A program made the position numbers and the translations under genes. The notes beneath the pieces were generated by a model. That model made no database searches and had not been told where the DNA came from. It worked only from the letters and a program-made list of their open reading frames with translations. Source: Runella sp. (GTDB lineage: Bacteria; Bacteroidota; Bacteroidia; Cytophagales; Spirosomataceae). From it: a stretch of 64,000 bases of DNA. Position 1 is the first letter of the stretch. Every line of letters begins with the position of its first letter. Below are positions 17,949 to 27,089 of this stretch, piece after piece. The stretch lies in assembly GCA_044228585.1 (NCBI GenBank), contig JBGAUP010000001.1:5855-69854 (forward strand). Reading direction: 5' to 3'.

Positions 17949-19400
17949 ATGCTATTCAATTCAGTTCAGTTTTTACTGTTTTTTATTGTCGTTACCCTTG
18001 CGTATTACAGCTTGCGTTGGAATATGCGTTGGCTATTGTTGCTATTGGCGAGTTGTTATTTTTACATGGTTTTCAAACCGATTTACATTCTAATTCTGTT
18101 TGCAACTATTGTTATTGATTACTTCGCTGGGCTTTGGATTGCTTCGGCTTCGGGAGCGCGACAAAAATGGCTTCTGGTACTGAGTATTATCACCAATGTA
18201 GGGATATTGGCCGTCTTCAAATACTTTGATTTTTTTGCCGAAAGCTTCAATGCCGTCAGTTGGAAAATGGGGATTGCCTGGAGTTTGCCCATTTTAAAAC
18301 ACCTAAATCCTGATTTGATTTTACCCATTGGCCTATCGTTTCACACCTTTCAGGCGATGAGCTATACCATTGAGGTATATCGTGGTAACCAAAAAGCCGA
18401 ATCCCATTTCGGGATTTATGCTTTGTACGTGATGTTTTATCCGCAGTTGGTAGCAGGGCCAATCGAACGTCCTCAGAATGTACTGCACCAATTCCACGAA
18501 AATCATCCGTATGACTGGGAAAACGTAAAGGCAGGACTCATGAGAATGGCGTTTGGCTTTTTCAAAAAAGCGGTCATTGCCGACCGACTTGCTTTGATGG
18601 CAGGGCCTGCTTATTTAGATCCTCAACACCATAATGGACTAACATTATTGGTGGCCACCTTTTTTTATACCTTCCGAATTTATTGCGATTTTTCGGGCTA
18701 TTCCGATATTGCTTTAGGTGCGGCGCAGGTGATGGGTTTCAAGTTGATGGAGAATTTTCGTACGCCTTATTTTTCTAAATCCATTTCGGAATTCTGGGGG
18801 CGCTGGCATATCTCGCTCTCTACTTGGTTTCGCGATTATTTATACATTTCACTGGGAGGAAACCGAGTGGGCGAAGGTAGGGCCTATTTCAATCGTTTTA
18901 CGGTGTTTTTGGTGAGTGGACTCTGGCACGGGGCCAGTTGGAATTTTATCATTTGGGGCGGCCTACACGGGCTTTATTTGGTAGCGGCTTCGGTGCGGGA
19001 TAAATACCTCAAACACTGGGATATCAGGCTGCCTCAAAGTGCTTGGTACGGTTATCTGCAAGTAGTCATCACGTTTTTGTTGGTGATGCTAACGTGGGTG
19101 TTTTTTGCCGTAGGCGACAATCCTAAACTGACCGTGGGTGAAGAAGTCAGAAGTTCATTTTTGATTCTGAATAAGATGGCACATTTGTCGCTGTCAGAGC
19201 CTATTCAGTCGGCACTCAATGTAGTGGAAATGTGGTTTTGTGTGGTGCTGATTGGGATTTTATTGGTGAAAGAACACTATGTCTTGCATATTCCTACAAC
19301 CAAAAATGCTACGTTTTGGATGTTGTTCCTTGCAATTTCCATAGCCAGTTATTTCTTTGGCGTTTTTGATTCTAATCAATTTATTTATTTTCAGTTTTAA
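17949..19400 (+). CDS. MBOAT family O-acyltransferase (AlgI/DltB-like)
   Basis: Polytopic, with the conserved His region WGRWHISLSTWFRDYLYISLGGNR and SGLWHGASWNF. Confidence 0.9.
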   Translation: MLFNSVQFLLFFIVVTLAYYSLRWNMRWLLLLLASCYFYMVFKPIYILILFATIVIDYFAGLWIASASGARQKWLLVLSIITNVGILAVFKYFDFFAESFNAVSWKMGIAWSLPILKHLNPDLILPIGLSFHTFQAMSYTIEVYRGNQKAESHFGIYALYVMFYPQLVAGPIERPQNVLHQFHENHPYDWENVKAGLMRMAFGFFKKAVIADRLALMAGPAYLDPQHHNGLTLLVATFFYTFRIYCDFSGYSDIALGAAQVMGFKLMENFRTPYFSKSISEFWGRWHISLSTWFRDYLYISLGGNRVGEGRAYFNRFTVFLVSGLWHGASWNFIIWGGLHGLYLVAASVRDKYLKHWDIRLPQSAWYGYLQVVITFLLVMLTWVFFAVGDNPKLTVGEEVRSSFLILNKMAHLSLSEPIQSALNVVEMWFCVVLIGILLVKEHYVLHIPTTKNATFWMLFLAISIASYFFGVFDSNQFIYFQF

Positions 19401-19454
19401 TCACGCCAAGTTACCATTCTCTGCCCCTTAGTGTCTTTGCGCGACTAACAATTC

Positions 19455-20006
19455 TTACGTTTTTGACTTCCTTATCCTTATCGGATTATACCAAAGGAAA
19501 AAGCCACTGATTGTCAATAGAATAAGGCCGATTCCGAGGAGAGAAGTATAGATGAGTTTGATGGGGTCGTTATCGGTTTTGACGAAGTAGTCCACGATAG
19601 AGCCGTCGTGGATTTTTTCGATAATGTCCGAAGTTCGGGTAGCTTCTGAGACAATTTTTCCTGTCTTGCAATCAATTTGTAAGTCAGTAAAATGGGAAAC
19701 AAATACGATTTTAGCCACTCCTTTTTGAGGCCTAACGTCAATTCTATCAATTTCGGGAGATGCTCCGTGGTTGCGGGCATAATGCTCAGCAATGTGCTGA
19801 ATACTATCAAGACTTATCCACTGGGCCGACTGGGATGTTTCCCCCTTTTGGGTGGGGGGCAATAATGCTGTCTGTTTTTTCCAACCTAAAAGCAGTCCCG
19901 TAATACCAATTGTTAGGAAAAATAACAATAAGGGAATCGCTACCCATTTGTGGAGTTTGCGGTATAACCGAGTACTAACGGCGAGGTTTGAGGGTTTTGG
20001 TTTCAA
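19455..20006 (-). CDS. PepSY-associated TM helix / PepSY domain protein
   Basis: LHKWVAIPLLLFFLTIGITGLLLGWKK N-terminal helix, a soluble middle section, a C-terminal TM helix. 183 aa. Confidence 0.65.
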   Translation of the reverse strand: MKPKPSNLAVSTRLYRKLHKWVAIPLLLFFLTIGITGLLLGWKKQTALLPPTQKGETSQSAQWISLDSIQHIAEHYARNHGASPEIDRIDVRPQKGVAKIVFVSHFTDLQIDCKTGKIVSEATRTSDIIEKIHDGSIVDYFVKTDNDPIKLIYTSLLGIGLILLTISGFFLWYNPIRIRKSKT

Positions 20007-20023
20007 AGCGGTAGCAGATGTGG

Positions 20024-20920
20024 TTACAATTGTCCCGCTAATATCGCAATTCCTTCGCTAAAACTATGTGGTTCATAACCTAAAATTGCGCGCGCCTTAT
20101 CCAAAACGAAACCTGTACGGGCAGGGCGTTTGGCAGGTTGGGAGAAATTGGAGGAATCAGCTTGGGTAATCAGGCTTTTGTCCAGCTTAAAATAGTCAGC
20201 TGTCATTATTGCCATTTCGTAGGGAGTCAGAAAATCCTTTCCCGAAATATTAAAAATGCCTTCGGCTTCCTTGTTGGCAATCAAGTAACAGCCCATCGCT
20301 AAGTCTTCTGCTAAAGTAGGAGTACGCCATTGGTCGGTGACCACTTTGATATTTTTACCTTCTTCCAACGATTTTTTGACCCACAAAATAATGTTTGACC
20401 GCGACATATCGTAGGCAATGCCATAAACCAACACTGTACGGGCAATGGCCCAACGAATATTGGAATGTTGCACCAGCTTTTCAGCGGCGTATTTACTCCA
20501 GCCGTAAAAGCTTAATGGATTGGCCTCGCCCGCTTCAGTATAAGGACCAGCAGCACCATCAAAGATAAAATCGGTAGAAACATGACAAAGAAAAATATCA
20601 TGTTTTCTACATTCGTCAATAAGATGCTGAACTGCGGTTACGTTCTGTGCCCAGCAAGCTTCTTTTTCAGACTCACATTGATCTACGTTGGTCATGGCTG
20701 CCCCGTGAATAATGGCATCGGGTTCTGTTTTTTCAATCACGGAGGCCACTTCGGTTCGATTGGTAATGTCCATTGGGAAATAATCGTACCCTTCTTTAAA
20801 AGGCAGACGATTTTCGCCACGTGCAGTAGCAATGATTTTAATATGGGGCTGTTGTAGGAGTAATTCTACCAATTTTTGTCCCAACAGGCCGTTGGAACCA
20901 GTAATAAGGATTGTTTTCAT
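20024..20920 (-). CDS. NAD(P)-dependent SDR, dTDP-4-dehydrorhamnose reductase-like (RmlD family)
   Basis: ORF 20024..20959; the likely start is ATG 20920 (MKTILITGSNGLLGQ). YGWSKYAAE catalytic Y-x3-K. About 298 aa. Confidence 0.8.
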   Translation of the reverse strand: MKTILITGSNGLLGQKLVELLLQQPHIKIIATARGENRLPFKEGYDYFPMDITNRTEVASVIEKTEPDAIIHGAAMTNVDQCESEKEACWAQNVTAVQHLIDECRKHDIFLCHVSTDFIFDGAAGPYTEAGEANPLSFYGWSKYAAEKLVQHSNIRWAIARTVLVYGIAYDMSRSNIILWVKKSLEEGKNIKVVTDQWRTPTLAEDLAMGCYLIANKEAEGIFNISGKDFLTPYEMAIMTADYFKLDKSLITQADSSNFSQPAKRPARTGFVLDKARAILGYEPHSFSEGIAILAGQL

Positions 20921-20936
20921 GGCTACAAATATATAA

Positions 20937-20999
20937 CCACGTAGGCACAAAGAACACATAGTTTCAAAAGTTTTCTACGTGGCCTTTGTGCCTATGTGG
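20937..20999. repeat. imperfect palindrome (REP-like hairpin or terminator)
   Basis: ccacgtaggcacaaag (20937-20952) versus ctttgtgcctatgtgg (20984-20999), 15 of 16 complementary. It lies between the OM beta-barrel gene stop and the rmlD-like start. Confidence 0.45.
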
Positions 21000-21024
21000 G
21001 GTTGGAAGTAAAGCTGTATGTCCA

Positions 21025-23871
21025 CTACCGGAAGTTCCGTAGTGTGTAGGTGAATGTCATCATATAGTATCGCTGCAAAACGCGGGTTTGGAGGTCTTCG
21101 ATGTAGGTTTCGGTCACAGTACGGCTGATACTATTATTTTGGCCTAATACGTCAAACGTGCTCAATTTTAGCTCTCCAGCTTTGTTTTTGAGGAACTTAT
21201 AACCAACCGCCGCATTCCAAAGAGTGAAGTTGAGGTTGAAATCTTGTCCTAAGCCCGTATAAAACGTGTGGTTGAGGTTGGTATTGACAAAGAATCCACT
21301 TTTGGTGACCCAATTGATTTTGAAGTTGCTGTTTTGAAAATAGTAGGTTCCGTCCAAAGCAGGTTGCAAGGTGTTTTTGACGGTGTTATAGTTCCCATTT
21401 AACGATAACGTAAAATCAACCTGCTCACTAATATTGCTACTCAAGACCAAACCACCAGTAATTGAATGGGTATTAGAGGTGTTTTGGACGTTGTTAATCA
21501 AACCAATCGTGCGGGTATAGCCCGTTCCTACATTGAAATTCAGATTGCTCTTGATGGCCGTAACGGGTAGTCCATACGTAATAAACGAGCGAACATTCCA
21601 GTTGCCATTCACGTTGACGGGCTGGCTAAACTGCGATCCTACTCTGAGTGGAAATCCCGCAACGATGGTGTCTTTGGTGGCGATAAACGTAGTATTGCTG
21701 ATGTTGTTTTGAGTAAACGAGCCATTCAGGTTGATAAAAAAGCTACGCGCTGTTTTGGCGTTGGTCACGCCGTAACGAATAAAAACACTTTGGTTGTACT
21801 CTTGTTTCAAGTTGGGGTTACCCGTCTTCAAAAACAGTGGATTGGAGTTGTCAACTACATTTTGCAGTTGGCTGATAGAAGGAGCATTAGTAGAAGTGCG
21901 GTAATTGATTCGTAAACTACTACCATCGGTACCTCGATACATTAACATAGCCGAAGGGAGGAGATTGTCGAAAGTGCGCTTGATTTCAAATTGGAGTGGG
22001 TAGTTTTGTTTTCCACTCAACTGTGCGTTCTGGTAATTTAGTTCTGCCGTTACCATTGTTTTTTTGATACGAAGGCGATAGCTACCTCCTACCCGGTTGG
22101 TGATGTAGGTATTATCAAACTCGTTGGAAAGGCGTAAATCAGGGGTGCTGTATTCGCTGGTGGACTGATTGTAGTTGTAAGTGTCTCGGTCAGAGTAGTT
22201 TTTGGTATAGGATGGCGTGTAATTCAACTGCAACTGACCAGTTCTTCCGATGTTCTCTGTGAATGAGATATTACTCGAAATTGTGTAGCCATTTGCTTTG
22301 GTATCGGTTTGTTGATCGGTTATTTGTAAAGAATCGGCAGTTTTACGGCCAAAATAGTTATTAATGGACTTTAATAGCGATTCACCTGTTCGGTTATTGG
22401 CCGAGGTGTTGAGCCCGACCGAGATAGTCCGTCCGATTTTTCCAAAACGATGTCGCCACAAGATGTTATTTCCCCAATTGTAACCATTGTTTTGCGATTC
22501 CCTATTGGTTTGGGTTCGGTTCAACAGGGACCATTCATAGGTTATTTGCTCCCAAAACAAACTGCTGTAAGCGGTATTGTCTTGAAAACTTAGTCGAGGT
22601 GTAATGATAATAGAGTTTTTGGTATTGATAGTGTATTCGAGGCGGGCGTTCAAACGGTGATTGTCGTTGTTGTTAGTAGAAGTAAAACCTTCATTATAAA
22701 GCTGTCCAGGGCCTTCGGTAGTGAAAAAAGTCCTTGCCAATGCGCTGGTATTTTCGTTTTTGGCGGCATTGAAAAAATAGCTACCGCTCACTTTCCATTT
22801 TTTGCCCCAATTGTCGGAATAATTGAGTCCAATGGCGTTGGTGCGGGTAATACCTCCTTGTTGGCCTGTCAAGAAGTTGCTGGCGTTGTTTCCCCCGCCG
22901 CCAAAATTTCCACCCCCACCTCCTTGGCCTCCGCCGCCACGATTACCTCCTTGGCCACCGCCACCACCACGAGTACCACCTTGACCCCCGCCGCCAGAAG
23001 ACCCCAATACGCCCAGCAAGTCTTCGTTTCCAAAGTTTTGCTGATTGATATTGTTGCTCATGCCAATGACCGAAATCCGTGTATCTTTCTTAAAATAGTT
23101 GGTACTTCCTCCTACCATGTAGCGATTGTCAGTACCATATCCCGCATATACTTTTCCAAATTGGCCATTGTTACGGTCAGAACGGGTGACGATGTTGATG
23201 GTTTTGGTCGTTTGTCCATCGTCGAAACCCGTAAACTGCGATTGGTCGCTGAGACGGTCAAAAACCTGAATTTTGTCAATCACTTCGGCGGGCATATTTC
23301 TTAGTGCCAGCGTGGCATCATCCCCGAAGAAATCACGGCCATCTACTGTTACTTTCTGAACATTTTCGCCTTGGGCTTTCACTTGACCGTTTTCAATGGT
23401 GATGTTGGGCATTTTTTCCAACAAATCTTGGGCATTGGCATCTTTATTCACCTTAAACGCGCTGGCGTTATAGACGGTGGTATCTCCCTTTTGCTCAACC
23501 CGCTCGGCTACTCCTTTTACTATCACATCTTTCAGCAATTGTGCGTCAGGCTTTAGTTGTATCTTTCCAAGGTCAGGATTTCCACGGCGGAGATTGATCC
23601 GCTGTTCGACAGATGTATAACCAATGAATGAGGTTATTAAGCGATAGCCTGCCACAGGAATATTTTTAAATATAAACGCACCAGACGTATCGGCTACCAC
23701 TCCAAAGCGTTTTATGGAGTCGGCACTGTTGATGAGAAGTACATTGGCTCCAATCAAGGCAGATTGGTCGTTGGCATCTACGACTCGACCTTTTACTTCC
23801 ACGTTTTGGGCAAATAGGAGGCCTGCCGATAGGAAGAAGAAGAATAGAAAATAGTAGCGTATGGGCTTCAT
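21025..23871 (-). CDS. outer-membrane beta-barrel protein (CarboxypepD_reg domain plus TonB-receptor-like barrel) with Gly-rich insert
   Basis: ORF 21025..23964; the likely start is ATG 23871 (MKPIRYYFLFFFFLSAGLLFAQ signal peptide). VKGRVVDANDQSALIGANV carboxypeptidase-regulatory-like domain. C-terminal aromatic residue (...LRNFR), long beta-strand-rich body. Gly-rich stretch GSSGGGGQGGTRGGGGGQGGNRGGGGQGGGGGNFGGGGNN. Confidence 0.8.
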   Translation of the reverse strand: MKPIRYYFLFFFFLSAGLLFAQNVEVKGRVVDANDQSALIGANVLLINSADSIKRFGVVADTSGAFIFKNIPVAGYRLITSFIGYTSVEQRINLRRGNPDLGKIQLKPDAQLLKDVIVKGVAERVEQKGDTTVYNASAFKVNKDANAQDLLEKMPNITIENGQVKAQGENVQKVTVDGRDFFGDDATLALRNMPAEVIDKIQVFDRLSDQSQFTGFDDGQTTKTINIVTRSDRNNGQFGKVYAGYGTDNRYMVGGSTNYFKKDTRISVIGMSNNINQQNFGNEDLLGVLGSSGGGGQGGTRGGGGGQGGNRGGGGQGGGGGNFGGGGNNASNFLTGQQGGITRTNAIGLNYSDNWGKKWKVSGSYFFNAAKNENTSALARTFFTTEGPGQLYNEGFTSTNNNDNHRLNARLEYTINTKNSIIITPRLSFQDNTAYSSLFWEQITYEWSLLNRTQTNRESQNNGYNWGNNILWRHRFGKIGRTISVGLNTSANNRTGESLLKSINNYFGRKTADSLQITDQQTDTKANGYTISSNISFTENIGRTGQLQLNYTPSYTKNYSDRDTYNYNQSTSEYSTPDLRLSNEFDNTYITNRVGGSYRLRIKKTMVTAELNYQNAQLSGKQNYPLQFEIKRTFDNLLPSAMLMYRGTDGSSLRINYRTSTNAPSISQLQNVVDNSNPLFLKTGNPNLKQEYNQSVFIRYGVTNAKTARSFFINLNGSFTQNNISNTTFIATKDTIVAGFPLRVGSQFSQPVNVNGNWNVRSFITYGLPVTAIKSNLNFNVGTGYTRTIGLINNVQNTSNTHSITGGLVLSSNISEQVDFTLSLNGNYNTVKNTLQPALDGTYYFQNSNFKINWVTKSGFFVNTNLNHTFYTGLGQDFNLNFTLWNAAVGYKFLKNKAGELKLSTFDVLGQNNSISRTVTETYIEDLQTRVLQRYYMMTFTYTLRNFR

Positions 23872-24059
23872 GGTGTATGGTTTTTCTCTATTTGAAAGAT
23901 AAAATAGCAAAAAGTTTAGCCTACTGATTTCAAAAAGCGATGAAATGGCATAGAACACCGACAATATACAGACTATTTACCGATAAAGATTACACTTAAA
24001 ATACAGGATTTGATTAGGTTTGGTTTTTCAAACACTTTTTATCAAAAATACTCCTATCT

Positions 24060-24983
24060 ATGAACCGCCGTCACTTCTTTCAACAAGCTACTCTTGGTAC
24101 TGCCGTCTTGGCCGCTCCTCAAACCAGTGTACTGCCTCCTATCAAAGAGGTAACACCTTTCAAACTTGGCCTTTCTACTTACTCGTACTGGCATTTTAAA
24201 ACGCCCAAAGTACCCATCGAAACGGTCATTGACGAAGCCGCTCGTTTGGAGATAGAAGGCGTAGATATTCTGCACCGCCAAATGGATAGTGAAGACAATG
24301 CCTACCTGCAAAAACTCAAACGCCACGCCTTTGTCAACGGCGTGGACTTGATTTGCCTTTCGATACACCAAAGCTTTGTGTCGCCTGATGCTGCCGAACG
24401 CCAAAAAAACATTGACCATACCCTGCACTGCATCGAATTGGCCTACAAAATGGGTATTCCGAGTGTGCGGCTTAACTCAGGACGTTGGAATACGATTAAA
24501 TCTTTTGATGAGTTGATGGCCAAGCGCGGTATAGAGCCGATTTTGCTTGGCTATACCGAAGACGACGGTTTTAAATGGTGTATTGACAGCATCGAAAAAT
24601 GCCTCGCCAAAGCGGCGGAATGTGGGGTAATGCTTGCCCTTGAAAACCATTGGGGACTTACTTCTACGCCCGAAGGTCTCCTGCGTATCCGCAAAGCCAT
24701 TGATTCGCCTTGGTTGGGTGTTTTGTTGGATACAGGCAATTTTTTGGAAGAGCCTTACGCCAAACTTGAAAAAGTAGCACCTATCGCAAACTTTATACAA
24801 GCCAAAACCTACTACGGCGGCGGTGAATGGTACACGTTAGATTTGGACTACAAACGCATTATGAACATTCTGCGCCAAGCCAACTACAAGGGATACATTG
24901 CGCTGGAATTTGAAGGGAAAGAAGCTGCCGAAACGGGCGTTCGTAAAAGTATCGCTATGCTCCGCGAGGCTATGAAAGTCTAA
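24060..24983 (+). CDS. sugar phosphate isomerase/epimerase (xylose isomerase-like TIM barrel) with TAT signal
   Basis: MNRRHFFQQATLGTAVLAAP twin-arginine leader. LALENHWG and DTGNF motifs typical of AP-endonuclease-2/TIM-barrel proteins. Confidence 0.8.
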   Translation: MNRRHFFQQATLGTAVLAAPQTSVLPPIKEVTPFKLGLSTYSYWHFKTPKVPIETVIDEAARLEIEGVDILHRQMDSEDNAYLQKLKRHAFVNGVDLICLSIHQSFVSPDAAERQKNIDHTLHCIELAYKMGIPSVRLNSGRWNTIKSFDELMAKRGIEPILLGYTEDDGFKWCIDSIEKCLAKAAECGVMLALENHWGLTSTPEGLLRIRKAIDSPWLGVLLDTGNFLEEPYAKLEKVAPIANFIQAKTYYGGGEWYTLDLDYKRIMNILRQANYKGYIALEFEGKEAAETGVRKSIAMLREAMKV

Positions 24984-25534
24984 CGCCAATCCCACGCTAC
25001 TATGTTCCAAAGGTCAATGTAGTCTTGATGAACGTGAATTGTCTGGAATCCCACGCGCTCGTGTGCTCGCATGGATCGGGTATTTCTTGCGGCAATTTCG
25101 GTTACGCAAAGGTCAAAATCGGCAGCGAATTGTTTTTTGTGTTGGGCATAAAGTCCATCAAAAACCCCCTGTCCACGGTGCGACTGTGCCACGCAAATTT
25201 GTCCCATGACATAATAGCGATAATCACTCATGGGCTTTCCCTGCCATTCCAAACCCGAAATGATGTCGAACATAGGAACCAGTTCTGGTACCAATTGCCC
25301 AAACGTCCGAGGCATAACCAAGGCATAGCCCGCCAATGTGTCTCCATCTTTGGCAATAATTTGCGGGAGGGCGTCATTCATTTTTTTGACGGCTTCAAAC
25401 GAGTGCTCTACTGTCGTAAATCCTTGGTCTTGCTGGTACTCCGTAGGGGTGTTTTTATACAGATTTTGGCGTTGTAAAGCTAAGATTTGACGTAAATCTT
25501 CGTCTGATTGTGCAGTCGTATAGGTAATAGGCAT
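24980..25534 (-). CDS. GNAT family N-acetyltransferase
   Basis: ORF 24980..25663; the likely start is ATG 25534 (MPITYTTAQ). Acetyl-CoA binding region QSHRGQGVFDGLY. Confidence 0.7.
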   Translation of the reverse strand: MPITYTTAQSDEDLRQILALQRQNLYKNTPTEYQQDQGFTTVEHSFEAVKKMNDALPQIIAKDGDTLAGYALVMPRTFGQLVPELVPMFDIISGLEWQGKPMSDYRYYVMGQICVAQSHRGQGVFDGLYAQHKKQFAADFDLCVTEIAARNTRSMRAHERVGFQTIHVHQDYIDLWNIVAWDWR

Positions 25535-25662
25535 CTTAAAATTTCTTGATTTTGTCACCCTGAAAGGGTCTTTATCGTTCAGACAAAAGTAACAATACGC
25601 CTTTAGCAAGCCAAATAAAGGTTTTATCTTTGCCCAATACCCTTCAACAAACCTAAAATTCA

Positions 25663-27042
25663 ATGAAAAAATCGCTTTCTTTGCCCCGTTTACTTTTTAC
25701 CCTTTTCACTTTCACCTTTACCTTTACCCTTTTCACTTCATCCACCCTTTCAGCCCAATACCCCATCCTTCCCGAACGGGAACGTGCTCGTGTAGTAGAT
25801 GAAATTTTAGAAGACCGTTTCACCAACCTTTTGCCTCAGCTTATGCGTCGTGAAGGGGTTGATATGTGGATTATCATCTCCCGCGAATACAACGAAGATC
25901 CCGTGATGCGTACCATGCTTCCCAGCACTTGGTTGTCGGCACGAAGACGGACAATTATGATGTTTTACGACGCAGGTGGGGCAAAACCGCTCGAAAAACT
26001 CGCCATTGCTCGCTACGACGTAGGAAATTTGCTCAAGGGAGAGTGGGATATCAATGTTCAACCTAATCAGTGGTTGGCATTGTCTAAAGTAATTGAAGAG
26101 CGTAACCCCAAAAAAATTGCGCTTAATTTCTCCAAAGATTACGGCCACGCTGACGGACTCACTTACACCGAACACAAGGAGTTTATGAGTGTGCTGCCCG
26201 AAAAACAAAAAGCGAAGATTGTCTCTGCCGACCGTTTGGCGGTGGCGTGGTTAGAAACCCGCAGTGAAAAAGAAGCGGCTATTTATCCCATGATTTGCCG
26301 TATTTCGCACGATATTATCCAAGAGGCATTTTCCGAAAAAGTAATTCACCCAGGCGTTACTACCACCGACGACGTGGTGTGGTGGATGCGCCAACGTGTT
26401 ACCGATTTAGGGTTAGAAACATGGTTTCATCCTACGGTGGACATTCAGCGCTTCGACCCTGAAAACTTTGATCATTTGCGCACTTTCTCCAAACGCCCTG
26501 CTAAGCAAGTCATTATGCCAGGGGATTTGCTTCACTGTGATTTTGGCATTACGTATTTGCGCCTCAACACCGACCAACAGCAAAATGCCTATGTATTGCG
26601 CCCCGGAGAAAGTGAAGTACCCGATTTTCTGAAAAAGGCTTTGGCCCAAGGCAATCGCCTGCAAGATATTCTTACTGAAAAATTTAAAACGGGTACGACA
26701 GGCAACAAGATGCTGTTGGAGGCACTTGAACAAGCTAAGAAAGAAGGGATTACGGGGAGTATCTACTCTCACCCCATTGGCGTACACGGCCACGCGGCAG
26801 GCCCGACGATTGGCATGTGGGACCAACAGCAGGGAGTAGCAGGGCCAGGCGACTATCCTTTGTTTCCCAATACGGCTTACTCGATTGAATTAAATGCCGC
26901 TGTCGAAATAGCCGAATGGAAGAAAACCATTCGTATTATGCTCGAAGAAGATGGCTATTACACGGCAGATGGCTTTCATTACTTAGATGGACGCCAAAAA
27001 GAGATTTTTACCATTCCTCGGAATTTGGAGAAAGTAAAATAA
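25663..27042 (+). CDS. M24 family metallopeptidase (Xaa-Pro aminopeptidase-like), secreted
   Basis: Signal peptide, then a creatinase/prolidase-like N-domain and a pita-bread domain (LLHCDFG, HPIGVHGHAAGP, SIELN..MLEED). Confidence 0.8.
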   Translation: MKKSLSLPRLLFTLFTFTFTFTLFTSSTLSAQYPILPERERARVVDEILEDRFTNLLPQLMRREGVDMWIIISREYNEDPVMRTMLPSTWLSARRRTIMMFYDAGGAKPLEKLAIARYDVGNLLKGEWDINVQPNQWLALSKVIEERNPKKIALNFSKDYGHADGLTYTEHKEFMSVLPEKQKAKIVSADRLAVAWLETRSEKEAAIYPMICRISHDIIQEAFSEKVIHPGVTTTDDVVWWMRQRVTDLGLETWFHPTVDIQRFDPENFDHLRTFSKRPAKQVIMPGDLLHCDFGITYLRLNTDQQQNAYVLRPGESEVPDFLKKALAQGNRLQDILTEKFKTGTTGNKMLLEALEQAKKEGITGSIYSHPIGVHGHAAGPTIGMWDQQQGVAGPGDYPLFPNTAYSIELNAAVEIAEWKKTIRIMLEEDGYYTADGFHYLDGRQKEIFTIPRNLEKVK

Positions 27043-27051
27043 CACCTCACT

Positions 27052-27084
27052 AATCCTTACAGGTTTTTGAAACCTGTAAGGATT
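27052..27084. terminator. perfect 15-bp stem hairpin between convergent genes
   Basis: aatccttacaggttt / aaacctgtaaggatt with a 3-nt loop. Confidence 0.75.
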
Positions 27085-27089
27085 AACCT

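Noticed and set aside
22657-23304. A 215-aa plus-strand ORF antisense to the OM beta-barrel gene.
   Set aside because: It is a shadow ORF running through the Gly-rich (GGN/NCC) region. It has no start context and no family features.
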